A stretch of DNA of 64,000 nucleotides from Candidatus Latescibacterota bacterium (GCA_965205975.1 OZ242195.1:3136001-3200000), one strand, 5' to 3'; shown: positions 1 to 10,065, counted from the first letter of the stretch. Translations and numbers: made by a program. The notes: a model not told the origin generated them from the sequence alone.

Positions 1-897
1 CTCCAAACGGCGGATTGGACAACATATAGTCAAACTGCTCATCGGGAAGGCCATCTTCTGTAAAACTATTGCCAGGATGAATATTCTTCGCATCTTGTCC
101 CTTGATCATCATATCTGATTTACAAGTCGCATAACTCTCATCATTCAACTCCTGCCCGTACACAATCAAACTGGCTTCTGGATTGAGTTCCCTGAGATAA
201 TCCTCCGCAATAGAAAGCATCCCGCCCGTGCCACACGCCGGATCGTACAACTTGCGAATTATACCCCGTTGGGTCAGCGCCGCCTCATCCTCTAAAAAAA
301 GAAGATTAACCATCAACCGGATAACTTCACGAGGCGTAAAATGCTCGCCAGCCGTCTCATTGCTCTGCTCGGAAAACCTGCGGATGAGTTCTTCAAAAAT
401 ATATCCCATTTGCAGATTGGAAACGCGATCCGGATGCAAATCCGCCTGTGCAAAACGGCTGACAATCAGATAGAGCAAATTATCCCGGTCGAGCCGCGCA
501 ATCTGCTCTGGCAGATTAAAACGGTCGATAAAAATATCACGCGCATCATACGAAAACCCGTTAATCATATTATTCAAATTCGCAGCAATATTGTCGGGAT
601 CGTCCAGCAACCTCTCAAAGGTAAACGGACTTGTATTGTGGAAATTGTTTCCACTCGCCATATTGAGCATAGTCTCGCGCATTGTATCGTCGATATTCTC
701 AGGCAGAGTTTCCAATTGCGCTGCACAGCGTCTTTCGTCGGCACCAACACGCAATCGAGCCGTCGCAAAACCGTGAACGGTAGCACCACCTTTCCATACT
801 CCGATTGCTTGTAATTACCCCGCAGAAGTTCCGCAATGGACCAGATAAAACCGATATGTTCACCAAAACTCGCACGGGTACTCGAACTGTTTGTCAT
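1..897 (-). pseudogene. hsdM: Type I restriction-modification methyltransferase subunit, 1-nt frameshift near 722; runs off the left edge
   Basis: ORF 574-897 has an HsdM N-terminus ([29 protein letters not shown]). A different frame continues with GEHFTPREVI, YDPACGTGG and DYMLSNPPFG. Confidence 0.85.
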
Positions 898-1094
898 GGA
901 TACCCCTTATATTTATTATAGACGACTCAAAACCACTGAATGGCGTTATGTTCATCTGCAACACACAGCCACAACAACAGTAATGACAAAAAACCCTCTG
1001 GATCGCGGCTCAACATCATGCCGCGATGACAACCAAAACCATCGGGTTTAAGTCAATAAACTTATTTGACAGACCCCTAACCCAAGGAGATCCC

Positions 1095-1985
1095 ATGTCC
1101 ACACACTTTGTCTTTGTCACAGACAGCCATCACCACGCCGCTGCCGCAGAAGATTTCGGCGCGCCCAAAATGCTGACGCGCAGCCATGAAATACACCGTG
1201 CAATGGTACCCGCCATCAACGCCTGCAAAGCGGACTTCATCGTACACGGTGGCGACGTGGTCTGCGGCGGTGGCGCATTTGAAATGCCCTTTGATATTTA
1301 TTTGCAAACCATAGACGAAGCCAAAAACGCGTTTGACGGCCTTCACGCGCCCACATACTACGTCCCGGGTAACCACGATTGCGATGCCCAGGAAGGGAGT
1401 TTTGAAGCTTTTGCCAGACAATTTCCAATCCCCGAAACCCTGGACATCATCGAAGCCGCGCCGCGCCTGCGCCTGGCACTCGCCAACGTATATCCCGTCA
1501 GCCCACTAAAAGACAGCCTGGGCACATGGACAGAAGCACACGACCGCATCTTGCGCGAAGCCGCCGCAAGAGCTTACGATGACCGTTGCGCCCTCATCCT
1601 GTTCATTCACCCCTGGGTCTTCCCCCAATACGAAGCACAGGGCGGCATTGTCACCAACGCCGAGCAACTCATGGAAGCCGTAAAAAACCTGCCCGCTGTC
1701 ATAGCCATCTTCACCGGACACAGACACATCAATCGCATCCGCATGTATCGCGACTTCCTCATCGTTGACACCGCCTGCCTGATTGGTTTCCCACTGGGCT
1801 TCCGCGAAGTCTGGCTCACAGAAGACGGCTACTTCAAAACGCGCTTCCGCACACTGGACCTGCCCGACCTGATGCAGGCTTCCTTTGACCGCTCACCCGT
1901 ACAAACAAATCAGATGTGGCAAGGAGAAATTCACGACCGCGACACAGAAATCTTAATCCCGCGGCTAAAAACCCTCTGGGAATAA
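1095..1985 (+). CDS. Calcineurin-like metallophosphoesterase
   Basis: DSH, GD, GNHD and GHRH motifs; AAGGAGA RBS before ATG 1095. Confidence 0.85.
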   Translation: MSTHFVFVTDSHHHAAAAEDFGAPKMLTRSHEIHRAMVPAINACKADFIVHGGDVVCGGGAFEMPFDIYLQTIDEAKNAFDGLHAPTYYVPGNHDCDAQEGSFEAFARQFPIPETLDIIEAAPRLRLALANVYPVSPLKDSLGTWTEAHDRILREAAARAYDDRCALILFIHPWVFPQYEAQGGIVTNAEQLMEAVKNLPAVIAIFTGHRHINRIRMYRDFLIVDTACLIGFPLGFREVWLTEDGYFKTRFRTLDLPDLMQASFDRSPVQTNQMWQGEIHDRDTEILIPRLKTLWE

Positions 1986-1986
1986 A

Positions 1987-2772
1987 CTATCGCCCCTGAA
2001 AATCCGGCTTGCGCTTCTCCATAAATGCTGCGCGGCCCTCTTTGTAATCCTCACTTCCAAAACAGGCATCGATAACCCGCTGGCACAAATCGAGATCGCG
2101 CTGATCTGCATCTTTGCCAATCTCTGCAATAATCTGCTTGGTCGCGCGAATCGTAAGCGGTGCATTGCCCGCAATAGTCTCCGCATAATCATCCACATAA
2201 GCGTCTAACGCATCCCGCGACAAAACCCGGTTAATCAGACCCATGTGATACGCCTCAGAAGCATTGAACCGACGCGCCGTGAACAAAATCTCGCACGCAT
2301 TGGCCGGACCCACCAGACCCACAAGCGGTTTGAGCGCACCGTACCCATACCCCAGGCCCAGCTTCGCAGCGGGAATGCCAAAAGACGAATCATCGGACGC
2401 AATCCGCAAATCGCAACACAGCGCAGTAGCAAGCCCCCCGCCAATACAATACCCCGCAATTTTGGCAATCGTGGGCTTGAGCACATGCGCGAGCTTCTCA
2501 TAAGCGCGTCCCATAGTCGCATTATACACCTCCACCGCATCTGCCGTCCCGCGTTGCGCTTCAAACTGCGAAATATCCGCCCCTGCAGAAAACGCCCTGC
2601 CACCCTCCCCCGAAAGCACAATAACGCGAACAGCATCGTCCGATTCAAAATCGTCAATCGCCCGCGCCATACCCTGCCACATCTCATAAGAAATGGCATT
2701 GTGTTTCTCTGGCTGATTCAGGCGAATATGCCCAACACCGCCGTCTTTCTGCACAATAATTTTATCCGTCAT
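1987..2772 (-). CDS. Enoyl-CoA hydratase/isomerase family protein
   Basis: AFSAGADI, GYCIGGG, CDLRIAS and EGRAAFMEKRKP crotonase motifs. Confidence 0.92.
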   Translation of the reverse strand: MTDKIIVQKDGGVGHIRLNQPEKHNAISYEMWQGMARAIDDFESDDAVRVIVLSGEGGRAFSAGADISQFEAQRGTADAVEVYNATMGRAYEKLAHVLKPTIAKIAGYCIGGGLATALCCDLRIASDDSSFGIPAAKLGLGYGYGALKPLVGLVGPANACEILFTARRFNASEAYHMGLINRVLSRDALDAYVDDYAETIAGNAPLTIRATKQIIAEIGKDADQRDLDLCQRVIDACFGSEDYKEGRAAFMEKRKPDFQGR

Positions 2773-2792
2773 TGAACTCCCCACAGAGAACA

Positions 2793-3980
2793 TCAAACGA
2801 CATTCTCCTCTTTCATAGTCGCAATTTCACCTTCCGAAAACCCAAACTCGCTCAAAATCTCATCCGTATGCTCACCCCGTTCGGGCGATGCCCTGTAAGG
2901 CAGATCTCGTGCATTACTCAAATTAGTCGCATTCCTCACCACATCGCAATCCCCCATAACACTGTGATTCACCGAACGCGACATCTTCAAATGCATAACC
3001 TGCGGATCGGACCACATCTCATCCATCTTATAAATCGGCCCACACGGCACACCCGCTTCATTCAGCGCATCAATCCAATGGGCACTATCTTGCCCTATAA
3101 AATACTTTTGCAAACTCTCATTCAGCGCATCCCGATTTGTCAACCGCACTCCGCCATTGGAAAACCTCTCATCCCTGTACAAATCCCCAGCACCCAGCAC
3201 ATCGCACAAACGCTGCCACATAAGCTCTCCACTACAGGCAATATTGATATACCCATCGCGGGTCTGAAACACACCCGTCGGAATACTCGTGGGATGATTA
3301 TTACCCGCCTGCTCGGGCACCTCATTTGCAATCAGCCATCGCGCCGCCTGAAAATCCAGCATCGCAATCTGAGCTTCCAGCAATGACGTATGCACCCACT
3401 GCCCCTCCCCGGTCTCCTCGCGCTGAAGCAAAGCCGTGAGAATACCAATAGCGGTGTACAAACCAGAAGCGAGATCAGCAATCGGCACCCCAACGCGCAC
3501 CGGCCCCTGCCCTGGCAAACCCGTAATCCACATCAACCCTCCCATACCCTGTGCAATCTGATCAAAACCCGGTCGCAATCTGTACGGACCCTCCTGCCCA
3601 AACCCCGAAATACTCGCGTACACAATACCCGGATTCTCTCTCTTACACCTCTCATACCCAATATCGAGGCGGTCTTTAACATCCGGCCGAAAATTCTCCA
3701 CAACCACATCCGCGCGCTTAACCATGCGGAAAAACGCCTTCCGTCCCACATCGGCTTTGAGATTCAAAGTCATCCCGCGTTTGTTCCGGTGCAAATTTTG
3801 AAAATCCGGCCCGTGACGCGGTCCCCCCATAGTCTTTGCCTCGTCGATATTTTCAGGCGGCTCAATTTTAATAATATTCGCCCCCCAATCCGCGAGCTGA
3901 CGCACAGCAGTGGGACCCGCACGCACGCGGGTCAAATCGAGCACAGTAAAACGGGCGAGAGGGGCATGTCCATTATTCAT
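2793..3980 (-). CDS. CaiB/BaiF family (class III) CoA-transferase
   Basis: VLDLTRVRAGP, HRNKR, DVVVENFRP, SISGFGQEGP, GFDQIAQ. Confidence 0.93.
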   Translation of the reverse strand: MNNGHAPLARFTVLDLTRVRAGPTAVRQLADWGANIIKIEPPENIDEAKTMGGPRHGPDFQNLHRNKRGMTLNLKADVGRKAFFRMVKRADVVVENFRPDVKDRLDIGYERCKRENPGIVYASISGFGQEGPYRLRPGFDQIAQGMGGLMWITGLPGQGPVRVGVPIADLASGLYTAIGILTALLQREETGEGQWVHTSLLEAQIAMLDFQAARWLIANEVPEQAGNNHPTSIPTGVFQTRDGYINIACSGELMWQRLCDVLGAGDLYRDERFSNGGVRLTNRDALNESLQKYFIGQDSAHWIDALNEAGVPCGPIYKMDEMWSDPQVMHLKMSRSVNHSVMGDCDVVRNATNLSNARDLPYRASPERGEHTDEILSEFGFSEGEIATMKEENVV

Positions 3981-4050
3981 AACACAAGTAACTCCTCAGA
4001 AGCTGTTTTAAAACTCATATTGCCCCTTCCTCGGCTATGACCTATTGCCC

Positions 4051-4171
4051 TGTCATTCTGAGCGGAGCGCAGCGGAGTCGAAGGAGCGGGGTACAACTGG
4101 CCGCTTCTCAGGCCAGTTCATCTGCTACTGACGCAGGTGGTAAAGATGCTTCGGCTACGCTCAGCATGACA
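4051..4171. repeat. Intergenic palindromic element (GTCAT...ATGAC REP/MITE type)
   Basis: Terminal inverted repeats tgtcattctgagcggagc / gctacgctcagcatgaca; a related half-element lies at about 998-1030. Confidence 0.7.
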
Positions 4172-4196
4172 AAACGCCGGACATCCGTAACATCAG

Positions 4197-4994
4197 TCAG
4201 TAACTTACACCCGGCGGCATCTTGGGCGGCAGAGGTTGAACAATCTTACGTCTTTCGGGCGTCAAGCGTGCAATCAACTCAGGCGAAGGCTGATAGCCAT
4301 ATCGGTCATTGCCCCAGTGCGGACCATAGCGAATAATAGCAACGCGACGCTCACCGGGACGCGTGCGCTCTGACGAACCGTGCGCCATACAATCCACAAA
4401 AAAAATCGCATCACCCGCATCGAGCTGAATCTGAACAGCAGCTTCAACGCGATCCAGCGAATGCCCACTACCCGTACCCCTGGGATCATTAAACGCAGGA
4501 TGAAGCAAATTGGACTTATGCGAACCGGGAATCGCCATCGTCGCCCCATCGCCATCTCCAATATCGTTCAAGGCCAGCAAAATATTGATCTGCCCACACC
4601 GAAACTGATTGTTGTGAAAGCGAAACTGCGTGCGGATGCGCCGCTTGTGCGCGCCCGAATGAATGCGCGTCGCACCGCCACGAGACCGAATATCAATAAA
4701 TGACTCATCGATAAAAAGACCATCATCCCCACCGACAAAGCGCCTCATGTGATGAACCCACGATGGATGATCAATCAAGCGTTCAAAAGATTCACCCATC
4801 TCAAAAATATTGTGCAAATGTCGTGCGCCCCCGCTCCGATGAACCCACCCCCGCCATCCATCGGGTTCGAGATCGTCATACTTATCGATAATCTCATTGA
4901 GTTCGACGAGATGCTCGGCATCCACGGCATTTTTCAGCACAATATACCCGCGCAAATCAAAAAGGTACTCTTCCATTTCAGTCGGTTGCATCAT
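4197..4994 (-). CDS. Phytanoyl-CoA dioxygenase (PhyH) family Fe/2OG oxygenase
   Basis: EYLFDLRGY, IPGSHK, AGDAIFF..HGS...R; start placed at ATG 4994. Confidence 0.85.
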   Translation of the reverse strand: MMQPTEMEEYLFDLRGYIVLKNAVDAEHLVELNEIIDKYDDLEPDGWRGWVHRSGGARHLHNIFEMGESFERLIDHPSWVHHMRRFVGGDDGLFIDESFIDIRSRGGATRIHSGAHKRRIRTQFRFHNNQFRCGQINILLALNDIGDGDGATMAIPGSHKSNLLHPAFNDPRGTGSGHSLDRVEAAVQIQLDAGDAIFFVDCMAHGSSERTRPGERRVAIIRYGPHWGNDRYGYQPSPELIARLTPERRKIVQPLPPKMPPGVSY

Positions 4995-5667
4995 TTCCCC
5001 CAAGAATATTGCACAACTCCGACAAACTGCTGATCTCATAATCAGGCTCCGGAATACCATCCCGCCGCACAGCCCCATCCCGGTTGAGCCATGCAATAGA
5101 GATACCAGCCCGCCTTGCACCCACAATATCGTCCTCCTGAGAATCGCCGACATACAGAGTCTGGTCGGGATCGGCGCTGAGAGCCTCAAAAGCACAAAAG
5201 AAAATATCGGGATTCGGCTTATAACACCGCGCGGACTCTGAACTAATCACAACCGGAAAACTCAACTCATTAGCACGCAAAGCAGACGTGAGATGCTCGT
5301 GATCCGCATTGGAAATCACACCGGTTTTCACATCGGGCAGTGCATCAACAGTCGGTTTCACATCGCAAAACAAGGGCACACGGCCAAAAGCGTCAAAAAG
5401 ACCTGCCGTATAAGACTCGGGATTCGCCCGCACATTCAAATCGGCAAACGTCTTCTCCAGACCGATAATATGCGCGTCCCAAAACGAGATAAAATCTCCC
5501 TCTCTCAACAGGGGAAAAAAATACCGGTCCCAGTGATCGAGAAACGCCTCCTTGCTCATATCGATCTGCAAATCATCCACAATAATCTGACACGTCTCGT
5601 ACAGCGCATCAAAAGCTGTGTCAAAAAGCGTCCCATACCCATCAAAAAAAATCGTGTTATAATTCAC
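4978..5667 (-). CDS. HAD-superfamily hydrolase
   Basis: FFDGYGTL, ISN, YKP, VGDSQEDDI. Confidence 0.9.
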   Translation of the reverse strand: MNYNTIFFDGYGTLFDTAFDALYETCQIIVDDLQIDMSKEAFLDHWDRYFFPLLREGDFISFWDAHIIGLEKTFADLNVRANPESYTAGLFDAFGRVPLFCDVKPTVDALPDVKTGVISNADHEHLTSALRANELSFPVVISSESARCYKPNPDIFFCAFEALSADPDQTLYVGDSQEDDIVGARRAGISIAWLNRDGAVRRDGIPEPDYEISSLSELCNILGGNDATD

Positions 5668-6410
5668 CGATAATCCTCCGCATCCCCCTCGGGTTCAAAA
5701 CCGAGCACATCGCGTGCATGCGTCATATCCCGATAGCTATACTTGTTATTCGAAACCACATAAAAAATATCAAACTTGAGATCATCGGACACCTCAATAC
5801 ACGACTCGACCATGCCAGCAATCGTACTTTGACTGCACCACACAGAATAACCGCGCGTCCCATTGGGCCGATCCTCGGCATTCACCGCACCAATACGCAG
5901 ACAAATAACAGACAGATCCGTACTATCGGCATAATGCCGCGCCAAAGCCTCGCCCCAGACCTTTGTACAACCGTAAATCCCACGCGGGCGCGTAGGCGTC
6001 CCGTGGGAAAACTTATCCCATGTCTCAGGCACCTCATCGTATCGCCCCGCCACAATTGCACCATAAGGTGAATCATTCTCCCAACCCGCTGTCACCGAAC
6101 CGCTACTGGCAAAAATAACGCGCTTGACCCCGGCGCTGAGCGCCGCTTCAAAAACATTATAAGTCCCCACGATATTGTGCGCGACAAACCCCTCAAAATC
6201 GCTTCTAATCGCAGCAGCCAGATGCACAACCGTATCAACCCCCTCAAACGCCGGACAAATCGCGTCAAAATCCGAAATATCAGCCCGACGACAATCCACG
6301 CCAGCCACATCGCGGCGATTGAGCGCACGAAGCTCATACTTGCCCTCAAGCTGCTCGCGAACAGCCCCGCCAATAAGCCCACTCATACCTGTAATGAGAA
6401 TTTTTTTCAT
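5664..6410 (-). CDS. NAD-dependent epimerase/dehydratase (uronate dehydrogenase-like)
   Basis: ITGMSGLIG, VVHLAA, YGCTK. Confidence 0.88.
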   Translation of the reverse strand: MKKILITGMSGLIGGAVREQLEGKYELRALNRRDVAGVDCRRADISDFDAICPAFEGVDTVVHLAAAIRSDFEGFVAHNIVGTYNVFEAALSAGVKRVIFASSGSVTAGWENDSPYGAIVAGRYDEVPETWDKFSHGTPTRPRGIYGCTKVWGEALARHYADSTDLSVICLRIGAVNAEDRPNGTRGYSVWCSQSTIAGMVESCIEVSDDLKFDIFYVVSNNKYSYRDMTHARDVLGFEPEGDAEDYR

Positions 6411-6455
6411 ATGTTATCTCCCTGAACGTTTCACCTCTCTGTAAAATCACATCAG

Positions 6456-6533
6456 CGGGCGACCACAGGGGGTCGCCCCTACAAACACCGGATTAACAAT
6501 ATTGTCGTAGGGGACGGCCCCTGTGCCGTCCCG
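6456..6533. repeat. Inverted pair of GTAG-type REP palindromes
   Basis: gggcgaccacagggggtcgcccctac and gtaggggacggcccctgtgccgtccc; a similar copy is at 11774. Confidence 0.75.
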
Positions 6534-6666
6534 TCAGTCAGCCCTTATCGCATCCTCAATCAGAATACATTGAGAATCGGAATTTATCAAGACTGATTTT
6601 GCTTGTGGTTCTCTCTTCTTATGCCCGAAGCCAAATCTACGGAAGCCATCAGTAAAGCCCCAATAG

Positions 6667-6708
6667 AAAAAGCCCAACGGTTTGAAAAGGCCGTTGGGCT
6701 TTAAAAAA
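6667..6708 (-). terminator. Intrinsic terminator closing the defence island
   Basis: aaaaagcccaacgg-loop-ccgttgggcttt hairpin with A/T tracts. Confidence 0.7.
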
Positions 6709-6738
6709 ATAAGATCCGATTGAACGGTTTGCTGGCTG

Positions 6739-7011
6739 TCAAACCGGGCTGTGATGCTCTGTTTGAGACACTACAGGAACAACCTCTCGAATGGCATCCC
6801 AATCAATCACAGCAACCCACAGATTTTCTTTTTGGGAGAATCTAACCACACCATCCACTTCTAAATCTTCGCTATAAAGGATCAGCGATTGTCCTTCTTT
6901 CAAAAAAATTTTCTGACATGCAAGGTCTTCTACAGTCCCAGCGCAGTTCAAACGCAACCTGCCTTGTGCATCCGCGTTATGAAAGTCTGCGAACACTCTT
7001 GGTTTTTTCAT
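6739..7011 (-). CDS. Small hypothetical protein, putative immunity/antitoxin
   Basis: 90 aa, starts 2 nt after the upstream ORF; FADFHNAD..GRLRL and WVAVIDW. Confidence 0.55.
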   Translation of the reverse strand: MKKPRVFADFHNADAQGRLRLNCAGTVEDLACQKIFLKEGQSLILYSEDLEVDGVVRFSQKENLWVAVIDWDAIREVVPVVSQTEHHSPV

Positions 7012-7013
7012 TT

Positions 7014-7346
7014 TTACTTCTCCCGTGCAGGATTTGGAATTGTTGGCACAAAAAGTTCACTAATTTGTTCGGACGTAAGTCCAGTCAATGTCGCATGATA
7101 AGGGCTTCGTCCAGAAGTTCGCACCACATCACCGCCAGCTTTTCGGATTTCACCAACGGTTGTCACGCCAACTTGCCCATGTGGAATCATCCTTGCCAAT
7201 TCAGAGATGGATACACCTTCACCACTTTCTACTGATACGCCTGCGATCCCATCTGGATGTGTTCCGCTTCCACGTCGAATGTCTTCTGGTCGGTTTTTAC
7301 CGCCACGAACAACAAGGGCATCGTCAGGAATTTTTGCAATTAACAT
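7014..7346 (-). CDS. Hypothetical protein, putative polymorphic-toxin-like (ART-fold?) domain
   Basis: 110 aa with VVRGG, GVSV, GVTTVGEIR..GG and HATL motifs; leaderless-type promoter directly upstream. Confidence 0.5.
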   Translation of the reverse strand: MLIAKIPDDALVVRGGKNRPEDIRRGSGTHPDGIAGVSVESGEGVSISELARMIPHGQVGVTTVGEIRKAGGDVVRTSGRSPYHATLTGLTSEQISELFVPTIPNPAREK

Positions 7347-7362
7347 ATAAAGAAATATAGCT

Positions 7363-7415
7363 CCTATCAGACATCTGTCAACACCTGACGCTCTAAAACT
7401 CGCACCTCTGCCTCC
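7363..7415 (-). repeat. Repeat copy A: higA-like 3' remnant carrying a sigma70 promoter
   Basis: About 80% identical by eye to 9929-9980; TTGACA-16-TATATT, then 7 nt to ATG 7346. Confidence 0.7.
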
Positions 7416-7516
7416 CGGAGATCCAGATCGCGTACATGGATCACATCAATACCAAAGGTATCATGAATCCAGGGCGCAAGTTGGGGTGAAATATGCGCGT
7501 CGAGCCAAAGGGTCAT
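7367..7516 (-). pseudogene. Truncated DUF5615 PIN-like toxin fused to repeat A
   Basis: MTLWLDAHISPQLAPWIHDTFGIDVIHVRDLDLREAE, then repeat-derived VRVLERQVLTDV*; only 49 aa; overlaps the DUF433 stop. Confidence 0.75.
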
Positions 7517-7737
7517 GCAGCGAGAACCGGATGGTTAAGCCGATCACTGGCAAATCGCAAACAGGCGCGAATGTCCTCAGGTTCAAGGTCTGGATGCTCT
7601 GATAGAATTTGTTCACGGGTCAAGTCGTGAGAGAGCAAATCCAGCACATCCGTGACGCGAATCCGCATACCCCGAATACAGGGTCGTCCCCCACACTGAT
7701 TGGGATTGACTGTGATACGATCTGTTAGAGTAGCCAT
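7513..7737 (-). CDS. DUF433 antitoxin
   Basis: RITVNP..CGGRPCIRGMRIRV.DVL..L...EQIL..HPDLE.EDI.ACL. Confidence 0.92.
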   Translation of the reverse strand: MATLTDRITVNPNQCGGRPCIRGMRIRVTDVLDLLSHDLTREQILSEHPDLEPEDIRACLRFASDRLNHPVLAA

Positions 7738-7845
7738 AGCTGTCCTTTCCTACACAAAATAGCTCCCTGTATGAAATGCTCTGATTATAGGACTATTTTT
7801 TAGCTGAGACCCTCAACTAACTCCCGCTGGCGATTTTCTCAGACA

Positions 7846-8067
7846 TTACGGCCCTGTTGGCTTGCCCAGTCGCCGTTGTTCCGCTTCCCATTGTAGCGCG
7901 GCTTCTCGGGTAGTGCGAAAACCGACCTGAAAAATGTGGCCTCTGCCCCAGCCGGGTTTTCGCTGATGCTCGGCCTCTCGGCGGTCAATATCCCTGGTGA
8001 TACCTGTGTGGACAATGCGATTGCCCAACTTAAAGTGGTATTTGTAAACGGTTCTGCTGGTCGCCAT
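7846..8067 (-). CDS. Minimal GIY-YIG-like protein (73 aa)
   Basis: VYKY..IVHTGIT.DIDRRE.EH...A.QWE pattern; GGAGG RBS. Confidence 0.6.
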   Translation of the reverse strand: MATSRTVYKYHFKLGNRIVHTGITRDIDRREAEHQRKPGWGRGHIFQVGFRTTREAALQWEAEQRRLGKPTGP

Positions 8068-8071
8068 GTTA

Positions 8072-8584
8072 TTAGACCTCCACAATAAATTCCTCGCTTA
8101 AAAGGATACAGTATTCCACGAATTTTTCACAGTCCAGCAATGCGCGAGTCGCTTGTTGTCCCCTTCTCCCTCTTCGTCTTCCTCGAATAGTGATTGTCCC
8201 TTTATAGTAATCGGCCTTCCATGTACCTTCAGGAGTGCTTTCTTCATCATCGGGATCGTAAGAAAGAATTTCTACAGCGTGGATGATAGCGTTACACGCA
8301 GTGCGAAAAGTCAGATCGTTATAGCCTGTATGTGGAAAATTATTGCAGTATTGTCCACATATCAGTGCTCCTATGGCGTGGTTTCTGATGTCAAGCAACT
8401 GGCGAGTCGCTATAGCTATCCATATCAATAACCTATTGACTTCATTGTCATGGTTATTTTCAGACAAATTTTTGAAATTCGCATTCATCGCAACTTTTTC
8501 ATCTGCCAACAACAAGGTAAGCAGTTGGTAAAGGTCACGGCGATAGGAAGGAATATTTATGATTGGGGATTCGTCTTGGGTCAT
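8072..8584 (-). CDS. Hypothetical protein, possible HEPN-like
   Basis: Helical 170 aa protein with LTFRTACNAIIHA (R..N..H) motif; AT-rich. Confidence 0.5.
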   Translation of the reverse strand: MTQDESPIINIPSYRRDLYQLLTLLLADEKVAMNANFKNLSENNHDNEVNRLLIWIAIATRQLLDIRNHAIGALICGQYCNNFPHTGYNDLTFRTACNAIIHAVEILSYDPDDEESTPEGTWKADYYKGTITIRGRRRGRRGQQATRALLDCEKFVEYCILLSEEFIVEV

Positions 8585-8705
8585 TCTTCACTTTCCATCC
8601 AACGAGTTGAAATCAGCTATAAACTTTTGGGCAAAGATACGAATGAAGATCAGAGAAATTTTGTCTGAGGATTACCCAACTACTGGAGTATTTTATTTTT
8701 TAAAC

Positions 8706-9863
8706 TTACTGGCTTAAATATTCTTTGCAGGCATCTCTGAGTGACCAGAAGGATTCCTCCTCCACAACAAGTTTTATCAATTCACTTGCTGCCTCATAGA
8801 ATCTTTCCTCTTGATCTTCGCCTGATTCCGTTCCACAAAAGACATCCAGCATGGGCTTCCGTATGTGAATTGGGTGATATTTATTTTTTCTTGGTGCTTC
8901 GAAATCTTTCAAGTGATCGTAAAACTGCCATCCATCGTTTAACTGTTCTACTTTTTTTGGCAGCAATTCTTCCACCAACTTTTTATAGCTCTTTTCTTCA
9001 GTATAAAAATCATGTAGTGATCCGGAAAAGTCAATAATCAAACAGAAATCAGGTCCCTTAACAGGGTCAATCGGCTCTGTTCTGTGATCTTTTCCATCTA
9101 CCAAAATACCTACAAATATACCTCCTGGACCAAGATCTGGAGAAGATAATAGTTCTAACCCTATTCTTCCCCAACTGGCCCTCTTGCGAATATCTAAATT
9201 TTTTTTTATCATTTTTTTCCATTCTTTATTTTGCTCCTCTCGGCCCTTTACTCTTTCTATGAGGTCGTTTATATTTTTTTTCAGATCCTTTGTCTCATAA
9301 TAATACCGTATTGATGTATGAGATATTGGTGCTGGAGGACCTAATCCCTCACTTTTTAGTAGCTGCTGAAAGTCTCTAAAAAGGAGTTCGCTATTATCAC
9401 TTTTCTCCCAATCAGATATTAAATTGTATATATCGCTCCAGCATAAAGAGAGGTCGGGGTCTTGTTCGTGTTGCTGTTGTGTCGCAGAAATTAGAACGAT
9501 GCGATATTCGTCGAAGTTCCGTTTGGCGTATTCTTTGTAATTCGCAAGCTGATTTTCGTGAAGACGACTCCATGTCTTGTGTTCAAAGATAATCGCTTTG
9601 TTCTCACCATTAAAATGACAAACCATATCAGGATATTTACCGTCAAAATTTTCCTGAGTGAGCCACTCACAGTCATAATTTCCAATGCTCCATTCCCTTC
9701 CTCTTTCCTTCAGTTTTTCTTTTATTTTTTGTAAAAAAAATTCTCCAAAATCGGGATAATTGTTCAGAATCCATGCAAACCCTTCGGTGATGAAGTTTTC
9801 CAAAGAATCTCGATTCTCTTTTAGAGAATATCTTCTGAGTGCTTCAAATAAGCCAGTCGCCAT
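8706..9863 (-). CDS. PD-(D/E)XK nuclease-domain protein
   Basis: ENFITEGFAWIL, YPDM...IIFEHK, QLANY; AT-rich. Confidence 0.75.
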   Translation of the reverse strand: MATGLFEALRRYSLKENRDSLENFITEGFAWILNNYPDFGEFFLQKIKEKLKERGREWSIGNYDCEWLTQENFDGKYPDMVCHFNGENKAIIFEHKTWSRLHENQLANYKEYAKRNFDEYRIVLISATQQQHEQDPDLSLCWSDIYNLISDWEKSDNSELLFRDFQQLLKSEGLGPPAPISHTSIRYYYETKDLKKNINDLIERVKGREEQNKEWKKMIKKNLDIRKRASWGRIGLELLSSPDLGPGGIFVGILVDGKDHRTEPIDPVKGPDFCLIIDFSGSLHDFYTEEKSYKKLVEELLPKKVEQLNDGWQFYDHLKDFEAPRKNKYHPIHIRKPMLDVFCGTESGEDQEERFYEAASELIKLVVEEESFWSLRDACKEYLSQ

Positions 9864-9928
9864 TTCCTCTACCTTTATATTTTTTTCGCAATTGAACAAT
9901 ACATCAACCAGTTATCAAAAAATCACAT

Positions 9929-10030
9929 CCTACCGGGCGTCTGTCAAGACCTGACACCCTAAAACTCGCTCCTCGGCTCCAATCGCTCACCGAGGCGATC
10001 TTTCTCCAAATTGTAGCGCGTCTGCTGGTA
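9929..10030 (-). repeat. Repeat copy B: longer higA-like 3' remnant with TTGACA
   Basis: Reads QQTRYNLEKDRLGERLE.., resembling a HigA/VapI C-terminus; shares its core with 7363-7415. Confidence 0.6.
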
Positions 10031-10065
10031 ATCGACGGTCTCCACGTTGGTCGCATGCCTCGCGT

